Shown: positions 27,863 through 42,366, counted from the stretch's first letter. The stretch: DNA of 64,000 bases from the human T2T-CHM13v2.0 reference genome, Homo sapiens (GCF_009914755.1 NC_060936.1), one strand, 5' to 3'. The notes: generated from the letters alone by a model not told the origin. Program-made: numbers and translations.

Positions 27863-29893
27863 TGTATTATTCTGGGTTCTCTAGAGGGACAGAATTACTA
27901 GGATATATGTATGTCAGAGCCAGTGTCCAGTAGTCCCTGAAATGTTTGATCATTTCCCTTTCCCCAGTGCATATTTACCCTGGGAAAAGGCCAAAGGTCT
28001 CCTTCGGGAAGAATGGGAGAAAGATTCACTGCATAAATTATCGGTAATGTAGTGGGGTCCTCCCTCAAGGGGACCTGGTTTTGCCTTCTTTCAAGGAGTT
28101 CTGGGTCTGTAAACTGGCTCAAGTCTGGAAATTGATTGAGGGGCCGTGATTCTCTCTTTTTATAATTCAAAGTACTCTTTTGTTCATTCGACCTAGAAGT
28201 TTTCTGCTTGTATAAATTAAGTAGGAATGCAGTAGGCTTCCTATCTATTTCACTTTTAGGAACTCTGATTAATTCACCAATGCCAGAGCTCTACACAAGT
28301 CAGAATATTCTGATTGCCACTTTGCCTCTGCTGTCCATTGCAGTAGCTATGTCCACCTTGCCTTTGACAGTTGAGTGCCTCCACTTGGCCCCCGCCACCT
28401 ATGGATCCAACTATTCTCATTGTATTTAAATTTTGTAGTTGAGTGACTGTGGTTCCCACCCTTAGATCTGACATACAGAGAAGAGTAATTACAGGGCTCT
28501 TCAAAGATGCAGGTGCTGCCCTCACAAATCTATTTCACAAGGCATTGGTCAAAGGTATATCTTCTGGACCCTCCCTGCTGGGATGAGCAGGTCTAAAGTG
28601 ACTAATCCATTCCACCATCCTAACTTCCCTAAGCCTTTTGATTCCTTCCTCTACATTAAACCAAGGGAGATCAGGCATTTCCAGCTCACTTACAGTGGGC
28701 CATCATTTAATCCATATTTCAGTTAACCAAGCAAATAAACTATTAGAACCCTTTTTAACTCCCTGAACTGCAACATTAAAAGCAGAGTCCCTACTTAGTG
28801 GACCCAAATCAATATATTCAGCCTGATCCAACTCTATGTTCCTTTCACCTTTATCCCATACTCCTAATATTCATTCCCATGCCTGTTCTCCAGGTTGATG
28901 TTTATATAAATTAGAGAACTCAAACAGTTCTTTTGAGTGCAACACACCTCCTCATGGGTCACACTTTCTACCTCACCTCCTGGGGTCTGCCAGGACTTTA
29001 GTTATAGGTCTAGAAGCAAACAGAGGTGTTGGGGGTGGCTCCTAAGGGAGTTGCCTGGCAACTGCATAAGGGGAGGTCATCACTGTTGCCTCAGGCAGCA
29101 CAGGGTTTATCTCCTCAGACAGAGGTGGAAAGGCTGATAGCAGCATGGGTTGGGGAGGAGACGTTACCACTACTGGGGATGGGGAAGCTGTTTCTTCTGG
29201 CAAAAAAGTTCATCAGGGCTTATAAACTCAGTGTCCCCAGCTTCATCAGGGTCCTCCCACACATCTCCATTCCAAGTTTCAGGGTCCCATTCTTTTCCAA
29301 TCAATGCCCTCACTTTAACAGTGGACACCTGGCAAGTCTGTGCATGCACCTTTCGCTGCAGGTCACCCACTCACATGATAAGAGCTTGTGTCTGTTTTTC
29401 TACAATTTCAGCTCTTTCACTACAAGAGATAAGACTCTCACTCAGGGCAATCTTAGCAGATTTGAGGCTCAGTATCTGCTTCTAAAGCTGGGAGACAGAA
29501 TCCCTGAGTTCATCATTTTCTTTGATCACTTTGTCCACCAAACTTAGGAGCAACCAACCAGCTTCATTATGTTCCTTGATTCTCCACATATGGTTACAGA
29601 TATTATGTATGTAGCCATTGAACTTCTTGCCTCTTGTGAGCAGTGAATCAGTAGTGTCAAGTGCATTTATTTTGCATAACTCTCTAAAGAGTTAATGCCA
29701 AGAACTATCTGTGTTCTCCATACTCTTAGAAATAGAGTCCTTCGCATTTTTGAGTCTAATCATATTAAGCAGCCAACTCCTGAAACCCCAAAACCAATGA
29801 GAAAACTCTATCTTTAATATTCTGTTCTTCTAGAACCACTCCCGGTACCAAAATCTGTATTAGTCAGGGTTCTTTAGAGGGACAGAACTAATA

Positions 29894-29937
<44 letters not shown>

Positions 29938-30371
29938 ATATATATATATAGTGTAAGTTAATATTTAATATATATATAGATGTATATAAAGGGGAGTTTA
30001 TTAAATATTAACTTACACTATCACAAGGTCCCACAATAGGCTGGCTGCATGCTGAGGAGCAAGGAGAGCCAGTCCAAGCCCCAAAGCTTAAGAACTTGGA
30101 GTCTGATGCTCAAAGGCAGGAAGCATCCAGCATGGGAGAAAGATGTAGGCTGGGAGCCCAGGACAGTCTCTCCTTTTCACCTTTTTCTGCCTGCTTTGTA
30201 TTTGCTGGCAGCTGATTAGATTGTGCCCACCAGATTAAGGGTTGATCTGCCTTCACCAGCCCACTGACTCAAACATTATTCTTTCTTGCCTACACCCTCA
30301 CAGACACACCCAAGATCAATACTTTGTATCCTTCAATCTAATCAAGTTGACACTCAATATTATCCATCACA
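27863..30371 (-). mobile_element. HERV-L provirus with a large deletion: MLT2A1 5' LTR 29856-30371, gag to start of pro about 27911-29855, 3' LTR stub 27863-27910
   Basis: MLT2A1 LTR with (TA)n; Leu-type PBS (ccactcccggtacca at 29836-29850); gag WDPETWNGDVWEDPDEAGD; protease LLDTGS; TSD (a)cacc restores the L1 host ttacaccagatg. Confidence 0.88.
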
Positions 30372-31784
30372 CACCAGATGCATAAATATCAACATAAGGA
30401 CAAAGAAATCATGAAAAAGCAAGTAAATATGACTCCTCCAAAGGAACAGAATAATTTACCAGAAATAGATATTTTTCTTTTAAAAAAAATTCTTTTTTTT
30501 TTTACTGAGGATCATCTTGCTCTAATCAGAAATATATCTTAATTTTAAAAAATCAAAATCCCAAGTAAAGAATTCAAAATATTAATTTTACAGAAGTGCA
30601 GTGAGATGCAAGAGAATTCTAAAAAAACAATACAAAGAAATCAGGAAAACAATTCAGGATATAAATGACAAATTTACGAAAAAGATATATACTTTTAATA
30701 GAACCAAATAGAAAGTCTGGAACTGAGGAATTCATTAAAGGAAATGCAAAATACATTTGAAAGCTCCAAAAATAGAATAGATCAGGCAGAAGAAAGAATC
30801 CCAGAACTTAAAGACAGGTCTTTTGAAATAAATGAGTCAGACAAATATAAAGAAAAAAAAGTATAAACATTGTGAACAAAGCCCTCATGACATTTGGAAC
30901 AACATAAAGCAACCACATATTTGAATAATCAATATCCTTGAGGGCAAAAGACAAAGAATTATAAAACCTATTTAACAAAATAATAGATGAAAACTTCCTA
31001 ATGTTAGCAAGAGATTTACACAAATACAAGAAGTTCAGCTATTGCCAAGAATATACAATGCAAAAATGTCTTCTCCACAGTACATTATAGCCAGACTGTC
31101 TAAAGTCAAAGATAGTGATTCCCAAAAACAACAAGAGAAAAGTGTGTCTACACATATATAAAAGGAATTGCATCAAACTAACAGCAGATATCTCAACACA
31201 AACCTTATAGGTCAGAAGGAAATGGGATGATATATTCAAAGTGCTGAAAGAAAAAAAAAAACCTGACAGTCAAGAATATTAGATCCAGCAAAATCATCCT
31301 TTATAAATGAGAAAAAAATATAGTATTTCCCAGACAAGCAAATGCTGAGGGAATTTGTTGCCACTAGACTGGCTCTACAAGAAATGATCAAGGGAGACCT
31401 AAATCTCGAAGTGAAAGAACAACATTTACCTACATTAAAATACAAAAATGTATAAAACTCACTAGTTAATCAATACACAACTGAGGATGAGAAAGAACTC
31501 AACTGATACCATTATAGAAATTCACCAAGCCACAAAGACAAACTATAAGAGAAGAAGAAAGGAAGAATAATATATAAAACAATCAATTAACAATATGAAA
31601 AAACAAAGCCTCACATATCAATAATAACCTTGAACATAAACAGATTAAATTATTATATTAAAATATTTATAATAGCTAAAAGGATTTTAAAAATTATCCA
31701 ACTCTATGGTGCTTACAAGAAACTCATGTTACCAGTAAAGACACATATGAAAAGTTAAAGCATCGAAAAAGGTATTCCATGTAA

Positions 31785-33163
31785 TAGATAAAGGGGACAT
31801 TACCACTAGCCCCACAAAAATACAAAAAAAAATCAGAGACTATTATGAACACCTATATGCACACTAATTACTACAAAACTTTAAATAAATGAATACATCC
31901 CTATAAACATACAACCTCCCAAGATTAAACCAGGAAGAAATCGAATCCCAGAACAGTCTAATAATGAGTTCCAAAATTAAATCAGTAATAAAAAGCCTAC
32001 CAACCAGAAAAAGCCCAGGACCAGATGGATTCATAGCTAAGTTCTACCAGAAGTATAAAGAGCTGTTAGCCTTTCTACTGAAACTATTCCAAAAAATTAA
32101 GGAGAAAGGAACTTCCTAACTCATTCTATGAGACCAGCATAATTCTAATATCAAAACCTGACACAGACACACACACATAAAAGGTGAAAACTTGATGTAC
32201 ATAGATGCAAAACTCCTCAAGAAATTAGCAAACTGAATCCAGCAGCACATCCCAAGCTATTCCACCATGATCAAGTAGGCTTTATCCCTGGGATGAAAAG
32301 TTGGTTCAACAATAGCAAAGACATGGAATCAACTTAAATGCCCATCAATGGTGACTGGATAAAGAAAATGTGTTACATATACACTGTGGAATACTATGCA
32401 GCTATAAAAAAGAATGAGATCATGTTTTTTGCAGAAACATGGATGGAGATGGAGGCCATTATCCTTAGCAAACTTACAGAAACGGAAAACCAAATATGGC
32501 ATATTCTTATTTGTAAGTGGCAGCTAAAGAGTAAGAATACATGGACACACAGAGAGGAACAACACACACTGGGGCCTATCAGAGGGTGGAGGGTGGGAGG
32601 AGGGAGAGGATTGGGAAAAATAACTGATGGGTACTAGGCTTAATACCTGAGTGGTAAAATAATCTGTACAACGAACCCTCACAACACAAGTTTACCTATA
32701 TAACAAACCTGCATATGTACCTGTGAACTGAAGGAGGGAAGGAAGGAAGGAAGGAAGGAAGGAAGGAAGGAAGGAAGGAAGGAAGGAAGGAAGGAGGGAA
32801 GGAAGGAAGGATGGAAGGAAGGAAAAGATCTCATGTCCTTTGCAGCATCATGAATGCAGCTGGAGACCATTATCCTCAGCAAACTAATGCAGGAACAGGA
32901 AACAAAATAACACATGTTCTCACTTATAAGTGGGAGCTAAACATTGAGCACACATAGACACATAGAAGGGAACAATAGACACTGGAGTCTACTTGAGGGT
33001 GGAGGATGGGAGGAGGGTGAGGACGAAAAACTACCTATCAGGTACCATGCTTATTACCTGGGTGATGGGATAATCTGTACACAAAACCCCCACAACACAT
33101 AATTTACCTATATATTAAACTTGCATATATACCCCTGAAACTAAAATAAAATTTTAATAAATA
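31785..33163 (+). mobile_element. Composite L1PA insertion: ORF2 piece plus two tandem 3' ends separated by (GGAA)n
   Basis: Bounded by the 19-bp TSD aaaaag(g/a)tattccatgtaa (31766-31784 and 33164-33182); internal deletion junction at about 32310. Confidence 0.8.
32731..32824 (+). repeat. (GGAA)n microsatellite
   Basis: 14 uninterrupted GGAA units at 32737-32792; about 20 in total. Confidence 0.97.
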
Positions 33164-33721
33164 AAAAAGATATTCCATGTAAATGGACACCAAAAGCAGT
33201 AAAAATAATGTAGACAATAAAAGTCATTATATAATGTTAATGGAATCAATCTGGCAAGAAGATATAACAGTTCTAAACACTGGATCATTCAGATTCATAA
33301 AGCAAATATTAGTAGATCTAAAGAGAGAAGTAGACTGCAATACGAAATAACATGGGTGACTTTAACACCCTACTCTCAGCATTAGACAGAATATCTAGAC
33401 AGAAAATCAACAAAGAAACATTGGATTTTAACTGGACATTAGACCAAATGGGTATAACAGAAATTTACAGAACATTCCATCAAACAACTGAAGAATGTAT
33501 ACTCTTTTCATCAGCATATGAAGAATTCTCCAGGATAGACAATATGATAGGCTGAAAAGCAATTCTCAACAATTTTTAAAAAATCAAAATCATGTCAGCT
33601 ATCTTCTTAGACTACAATGAAATAAAACTAGAAATCAGTAACAACAAGAGCTCTGGAAACTGTACAAACACAGAAGAATTAAACATGCTCCTGAATGACC
33701 ACTGGGTCAGTAGAAAAATTA

Positions 33722-34126
<405 letters not shown>

Positions 34127-35077
34127 TCACAGCAATAAATGCTTACATAATAAAAGTAGTAAGATTACCAATTAACAATCTAACAATGTACCTCAAGGAA
34201 CAAGAAACCTAAGAACAAGCAAAATCCCAAATTAGCAGAAGAAAAGAAATGAGAGCAGAACTAAATAAAATGGAGATTAAATAATAGAAATGATTAATGA
34301 AACAGAAAGTTAATTATTTGAAAAAATAAAGAAAATTGATAAACTGCTAGCTAGACTAACCAATAAAGTAGAGGAGATTCACTCAAATAAACAAAATCAG
34401 AAATGAAAAAGGAAATATTACAACTTGATCTCACAGAAATACAAAAGATCATCAGAGACTATCATGAACAACTATACACTGACAAATTGAAAAACCTAGA
34501 GGAAATGGGTAAATTCCTGGACAGATATAACTTACCAAGATTGAATCAGGAAGAAATAGAACTCCTGAACAGACCAATAATGAGTAGCAAGATCGAATCA
34601 GTAATACAAATTTTCCCACCAAAAAAAAGCCCAGGGCTGGATGCAGTCAAAGCCAAATTCTACCAAATCTATAAAAAAGAACTAATATCAATCCTCCTGA
34701 AACTATTCCAATAATTTGAAGACAGGAAAATTCTTCATAACTCATTCTACAAGGCCATCGTCACACTGATACCAAAACCAGACAAGGAAAAAACAAGATT
34801 AAAAAAACCTACAGGGCGATATTCGTGATGACCATAGACGCAAAAATCCTCAACAAAATACTAGTAAACCATATTCAACAACACTCCCAAAAAATAATAC
34901 ACTACAATCAAGTGGGATTTATTCCAGGGATGCAAAGATGATTCAACATATGCAAATGAAGAAACATGATACATCACATCAACAGAATGAAGAAAAACCA
35001 TATAATCATCTCAATAGATGCAGAAAAAGCATTTGATAAAATTCAAAATTATTTCATGATAAAAACCTCTTATCAAA

Positions 35078-35668
35078 CTTTCTCTGCCATGTGAAGATAC
35101 AATAAGAAGGCAATTGTCAGCAAGTCAGGAGGAGGGCACTCACCAAGAACCAAATCTGCCAGCACTTTGATTGTTGACTTCCCAGACTCCAGACTGTGAG
35201 AAAAAAAAGTCTGTTTTTTTTAACTGTTATTTTAAGTTCAGGGGTACATGTGCAGGATGTGCAGTTTTGTTACATAGGTAAACATTTGTCACAGGGGTTT
35301 GTTATACAGATTATTTCATCACCCAGGTATTAAGCCTAGTATCCATTAGGTATTTTTCCTGATCCTCTCCCTCCTCCCACCTCCACTCTCTGAAAGCTCC
35401 CAGTGTGTGTTGTTTCCTCTATGTGTCCATGTGTTCATCATTTAGCTACCACTTATAAGCAAGAACATGCTATATTTGGTTTTCTGTTTCTGAATAAGTT
35501 TACTAAGGATAATGGCCTCCAGCTCCATCCATGTCCCTGCAAAGAACATGATATCATTTTCTTTTTATGGCTTCATAGTACTTCATGATGTATATGTACT
35601 GCATTTTCCTTTTTTTAAGCCATTTAGTCTATGGTATTTTGTTACAGCAGCCAGAAATGGCTAAGACA
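35078..35668 (+). mobile_element. MLT1A/MST-type MaLR LTR 3' part, interrupted by an L1PA fragment
   Basis: gccatgtgaagatac...ctccagactgtgag...|...gtctatggtattttgttacagcagcc...ctaagaca. Confidence 0.7.
35222..35610 (-). mobile_element. L1PA (about PA13) 3' end
   Basis: Antisense L1 3' terminus (aagttcaggggtacatgtgcagg...); flanked by ttttttaa. Confidence 0.8.
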
Positions 35669-35693
35669 CACTCAGAATATTTTAGAGTTGAAA

Positions 35694-38600
35694 GGGAGGA
35701 ACCAAGATGGCTGACTAGAAGCAGCTAGTGTGTGCCACTGTCACATAGAGGAGAAAGAGTGGTGAGTAAATACCAACTCTTTTACTGGAACATCCAGGTG
35801 GACACATTGGGATTCATCAAGGAAACAACTCAATCCATGAAGAATGGAGAAAAGAGAGACAGGACAACCACCCACTCAGGACTGGCACAGAGCTAGGAGA
35901 GGTCCCCCCACTGTGGGGAAATTATGAATGAGTGAGTAAGTGAGTGTCCCTGGGAACTCACACCATGGAAATTTGCAACCCTGAGCTCAGGAGACTCCCC
36001 CATGAGGTCCCCACTGGAGCCTCCTGACTGACACAGAGAGCTATGTGAAGTCTGGGCAGAGCTTCTGCTTAGGCATGCATGGAGTCCTGGGAACCTTATA
36101 TTTCTAGGAATCCTGACATTAGCAACTGAAGCTCCAGCAACAGGAGAGGTCATGTTCCCTTACACACCTTCATGAAAGGGACCAAATCCAGGAGGCAGAG
36201 CAGCAATAAACAGCACACCTCACCTCCACTGCAACTCCCAGGACAAGGGCCTTTGGCCTGAGATCCTAGCATAGCCACACAAACCCCACCTACATTCTTA
36301 GGCCAGTAGCAGCTCTGTACTTCCCTGGGATGGAGCTCCCAGAGGGAGAGGCAGGCCATCATTTTTGCTGCAGCCCTCACCACTGTTGCCTTCAGACTCT
36401 CCTCCTCACCTGCTCATCACCAGGCAGGGACCCCATGGCTTAGGCTCACAGTGCAGCTGCCCCACCTCAGGCTGACTGCACTGATTGATGGTGCCTCTGA
36501 ATTTCTCTGGTGTGGATCCCCAAGAGACAAGTGAAATGCTCTCTGCTACCACCACTGTCAAGGTCCCTTCCCTGCTGCCCCTAAGCTTGGGAGGGAACAT
36601 TAAGCCTGAGCTTGCCCCAGAGCTGTAGTGTGCAGACCAGGAGTGCCAAGCCAAGATGTGAAGCCAGCACTTGAGCAGGCAAGGATTGCACACTTTCAGA
36701 AGATTGAAACAGATCATAGCTCCCCCGCCAATGCCCTGTGAAACCAAGGACAAGAATTCAGCTACAAAGAAAGATCCTGCACAAAGCCTTGGCCCTATGA
36801 AAACATCCAGAAAAGAAGTCTACTGACTGTATTCCAATTACACTGAAGTTAAATGTATATCAGTCCACACAGATAAGAAAGAACCAGTGCAAGAATATGG
36901 CAACTCAGAAAGCCATAGTGTCTTCTTTCCCCAAAACAACTGCACTAGTTCCCAAGCAAGCATTCTTAATCAGGCCTAAATGGCTAAAATGACAGAAATA
37001 AAACTCAGAATATGGCTAGCAACAAAGATAATCAAGATTCAGGAGAGAAAGTCAAAACCCAATTCAAGGGAGCTAAGGATTACAAATAAAACAATACAGA
37101 ACCTGATAGATGAAATGGCCAATATAAGAAATATCTAAACTGATTTGACAGAGCTGAAAAACACATTATAAGAATTTCATAATGCCATAACAAGTATTAA
37201 TGGCAGAATAGACCAAACTGAGGAAAGAATCTCAGAGCTCAAAGACTGGTTCTCCGAATGAACTCAGATAAAAACAAAGATAAAATAATACAAAAGAATG
37301 AAAAAAAAACTGCCAGAAATATGGGATTATGTAAAGTGACCAAATCTTTGACTCATTAGTATCCCTGAAAAAGATGGGGAGAAAGCAAGCATCTTGGAAA
37401 ACATACTTCGGGATATCATCCATGAAAATTTCTCCAACCTTGCTAGAAAGGCCAATATTCAAATTCAGGAAATGTGAAGAACCTCTGCTATGTTATACAC
37501 AAAGAGATCATCCCTAGGACACATACTCATAAAATTCTCCAAGATTGAAAAAAAAAATGTTAAAGGTAACTAGAGAAAAGGGTCAGGTCAGCTGAAAAGG
37601 GAACCCCATCAGGCTAACAGCAGACTTCTCAGCAGAAACCCTACACGTCAATATTCAGCATTCTTAAAGAAAAGAATTTTCAATCAAAAATTTTATATGC
37701 ACCCAAACTAAGCTTCATAAGCAGAGGAGAATAAGATCCTTTTTAGACAAGCAAATGTTAAGGGATTTCATTACTACCAGACCTGCCATAAAAGAGGTCC
37801 TGAAGGAAATGCTAAACACAAAAGAGAAAGTCCATTACCAGCCACTAGAGAAACACACTTAAGAACATAGACCAGTGAAACTATAAAGCAACTACCCAAA
37901 CAAATATGCTTAACAACCAGCTAACCTCATGATGACAGGAACAAATATGCACATATCAACACTAACTCTAAATGAAAATGACATAAATGACCCAATGAAA
38001 AGGTAAAGAGAGGCAAGTTGGATAAAAAAGCAAGATCCAACAGTATGCTGTCTTCAAGAGACCCAACTCACATGCAATGACACCCATAGTCTCAAAATAA
38101 AGGGATGAAGAAAAATCTACCAAGCAAATGGAAAACAGATAAAAATAGGTTTTGGTATTCTAATTTCAGATAAAACAGTCCTTAAACCAACAAATATCAT
38201 AAAAGACAAAAAAGGGCATTACATATTTGTAAAGGGCTCAATTCAACAAGAAGACTTAACTATCCTAAATATGTACACAGCCAAAATGGAAGCACCTAGA
38301 CTGATAAAGCAAGTTCTTAGAGAGCTACAAAGAGACGTAGAGAACCACACAATAATATTGAGGGACTTCATCACCCCACTGACAGTATTAGACCGATGAG
38401 GCTGAAAACTAACAAAGATATTCAGGACCTCAACTCAACACTTGATCAAATGGACCTAATAGACATCTACATAACACTCCACCCAAAAACTTACCAGGGT
38501 GTGTTTCCAGTAGCTTAAAAGGGAGATGAAAGACCTCTACAAAAAGGATCACAAAACACTGCTCAAAGAAATTGGAGATGACACATGTAAATGGAAAAAC

Positions 38601-40078
38601 ATTCCATGCTCATGGATAGGAAGAATCTATATGGTTAAAATGGCTATACCACACAAAGCAATTTAAATATTCACTGCTATTCCTATCGAACTACCAAAGA
38701 CATTCTTCACAGAGCCAGAAAAAACTATGCAAAATTCATATGGAACCAAAAAAGTACCCAAATGATCAAGGCAATCCTAAGAAAAAAGAACAGAGATGGG
38801 AACATCACATTATCAAACTTCAAACTATACTATGAAGCTACAGTAACCAAAACAACATGGTACTGGTACAAAAACAGACACATAGACCAATGAAACAGAA
38901 TAGAAACGCCAGAAATAATGCTGTACACATACAGCCATCTGATCTTTGACAAAGCTAAGAAAAACAATCAAGGGAGAAAGACTCCTTGTTCAGTAGATGG
39001 TTCTGGGATAACTGGCTAGTCATATACAGAAGATTGAAACTGGATCAATTGAAACTTTTATTATGCCAAAAGATTATAGAAAAATCAACTCAAGATGGAT
39101 TAAACACTTAAATGTAAAACCTAAAACTATAAAAATCCTGGAAGATAACCTTGGCAATACCATTCTGGACATAGGACTGGGAAAAGATTTCAATATGAAC
39201 ATGCCAAAAGCAATTGCAACCAGAAGAAAAATTGATGAATGGGACCTAATTAAACTAAATTGCTCCTGCACAGCAAAAGAAACTATTAACATACTAAATA
39301 GACAACCTACAGAATTTGAGAAAATTTTTGCAAACTATGCTTCTGATGAAGATCTAATATCCAGAATCTGTAAGGAACTGAAACAATTTTACAAGCAAAA
39401 AGCAAATAACCCCATTAATAAGTGGGCAAAGGAACTGAACAGACGCTTTTCAAAAGAAGACATATATTTAGCTAACATCATATGAGAAAATGCTGAACAT
39501 CACTAATCACAGAAATGCAAATCAAAACAGCAATGAGATACCATCTCACACCAGTCAGAATGGCTATTATTAAAAAGACATAAAATAACAGATTCTGGCC
39601 AGGTTGTGGAGAATAGGAAACACTTACACATTGTTGGTGGGAATGTAAATTACTTCAGCCATTGTGGAAAGTAGTTTGGCAATTTCTGAAAGAACTTAAA
39701 GCAGAATTACCATTTGACCCAGCAATCCCATTATTTGGTATATACCCAAAGGAATACAAGTCGTTCTACCATAATAACACATGCACTTGTATGTTCATTG
39801 CAGCACTATTCACAATAGTAAAGAGAGAATCAACCTAAGTGCCCATAAACTGTAGACTGAATAAAGAAAATGGGGGACATATAAACCATAGAATACTATG
39901 CAGCCATAAAAAAGAATAAGATCTTGTCCTTTGCAGCAGCATGGTTGGAGCTGGAGACCACTATCATAAGTGAACTAATTCAAGAACAGGAAACCAAATA
40001 CCAAATACTGCATGCTCTTATAGTGGGAGATAAACTTTGAGTACAAAGAAGGGAATAACAAATACCAGGGCCTACTAA
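35694..40078 (+). mobile_element. L1PA13-16-type element: 5' UTR, ORF1, ORF2 with a large internal deletion at about 38490, 3' end truncated
   Basis: 5' end ccaagatggctgactagaagcagctag; ORF2 start atgacagga at about 37932; C-terminal ORF2 [25 protein letters not shown]. The RT core is absent. Confidence 0.82.
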
Positions 40079-41580
40079 CAGGAAACAGAGCATGAAAGTT
40101 TGAAAAATGTTCATCTTAGCCATGTTGCAGAGAAAGAAATAGCTTTTTTGGGAAATGGATTCAAGCATTCTGTGGAGAAAAGACTTACTGGAGATGTTTA
40201 CATAATTAAAATGGAACCAAGTGCTGATAGCCAAGAGAAAGTGAAAAGGGTCTTGAAGGCCTTTCAGAGACCTTTGCAGTAGCCCCTCATATCATAGGCC
40301 CAGAGGCCCAAAAGGACTAAATAGTTTCAGAGGTGTCACTGCTCTGTGCCACCCCAGGAGGCTGCTTCCTACATGTCAGGTGCCCCAGCTCCAGCCCTAC
40401 ATCAAAGGTGCCCAGGTATAGCTTGGGCCTCTGCTCCAGAAGGTGCAAAAGTAAGCCTTGGCAGTTTCCACATGACGTTAAGCCTGCAGGTGTTCAGAGT
40501 GCAAGAATGAAGGAAGTTTGATGTCCTCAGCCTAGATTTCAGAGGATGTATAAGAGAGCTTAGGTGCCCAGACAGAAGGCTGCCACAGGGGCAGAGGTCT
40601 CACAGAGAACTTTTACTAGGGCAGTGCAGAGGGAAATGTGGAGTTGGAGGCCCCATATAGAGTACCCACCTGGGCACTGCTTAGTGGAGCTGTGAGAATG
40701 GGGCCACTGTTCTCTAGACTCCAGAATGGTAGCTCCACTGGCAGCTTGCCTGAATGCCACAGGCATTCAACTCTAGTCCATAATGGCAGCCTCAGGGGCT
40801 GAACTCTGCAAACCCACAGGGGCAGAGCTGCCCTTGGGAGCCTACCCCATGCACCAGTGTGCCCTGCATGGGGGACATGGAGTCAAAAGAAATTATGGAA
40901 TTTTAAGATTTAATGACGGCCCTGCTGGGCTTTTAACTTACACAGGGCCTGTAGCTCCTTTCTTTTGGCTGTTTTCTTTCTTTTGGTGCAGGAATATTCA
41001 CACAATACTTATAGTCTCATTATATCTTGGAAGTAAATGACTTGTTTTGAAAGCTCATAGGTAACAGCAAATGAGTCACAGATGGGACTTTGAACTTGGA
41101 CTTGGAAATTTTAATTTAATGCTGGAATGAGTTAAGACTTTTGAGAGACTATTGAGAGAGATTATTGTATTTTGAAATACGAGAACAACATAAGAATTGG
41201 AGGAAAGGGGAAGAATTATATAATTTGGTTATTTGTCCTCACCCAAATCTCATGCTAAATTATAATCCCTAGTATTGGAGGTGGGGCCCAGCAGGAGGTG
41301 ATTGGAATATGGGATTTGATCTCTCATGAACTGCTTGGACCAACCCCTTGGTGACAAGTGAGCTCTTGCTATGAGTTCACATGAGATCTGGTTTTTGAAA
41401 GTGTGTGGCACCTCCCCTCCTCCACTCTCTCTCATCCCTGCCTTCATTATGTGAATTGCCTGCTCCTGTTTTGCTTTCCACCATAAGTAAAAGCTTCCTG
41501 AGGCTTCCTCAGAAGCAGATGCTGCTATGCTTCCTGTATAGCTTGTAGAACTATGAGTCATTTAAACTTCTTTTCTTGTA
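40079..41580 (+). mobile_element. MST-int 3' part plus MST LTR (LTR from about 41216)
   Basis: MaLR-int similar to 22600-23750, followed by ...ttgtcctcacccaaatctcatg... LTR. Confidence 0.78.
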
Positions 41581-42334
41581 TATATTTTTAAAAAGCATAA
41601 TTATTTTGAAAATGTTTTTGAAAATTATCCTGTTGCTGCATGTATCAATAGTTCATTTTCTTTTATTACTAAGTGGTAGTCCATTGCATGGATATACCAC
41701 AGTCTGTTTTTTCACCCATCTGTTGATGAACATCAAAATTGTCATTTTTATTTTTGTTTGGTGCAGTAACTCTTCTCTTTCATGTATTATGATTTTTATG
41801 TAGAATGTATTTTATGTATTACATAATTTTAAATTGACAGACAAAATTGTATGTATTTGTCATGTATAACATGTTTTACTGTATATATACATTGTGAAAA
41901 AATTAAATCTAGCTAATTAACCTATGCATTGCCTCACATAGTTTTGGTTGTGATAATGCTTTATATTCACTGTGTTATTATTTTTCAAGAATACATTATT
42001 AATGTATTGTTGAATATATTATTTATATACATTAATATATATATTATTAGATGTAACAACCATATTGTACAATAGATTTCTTGAACTTATTTTTCTTGTC
42101 TAACTGATATTTTTTATCTTTTGACAAACATCTTCCCAATGCCCACCTTCAGCCACCAAAACCCCAAGAACTGCTATTCTACTCTCTACTTCTATGACAT
42201 CAGTTCTTTTGGAGTCCACATATGCACTACTTGTCTTTCTGTTCCTGGATTATTTCACATAATATTCACTTGACAACCTCCAGGTTCATCCATACTGCCA
42301 CAAGTGACACTACTTATTTTTTGTAAGGCTGTTC

Positions 42335-42366
<32 letters not shown>

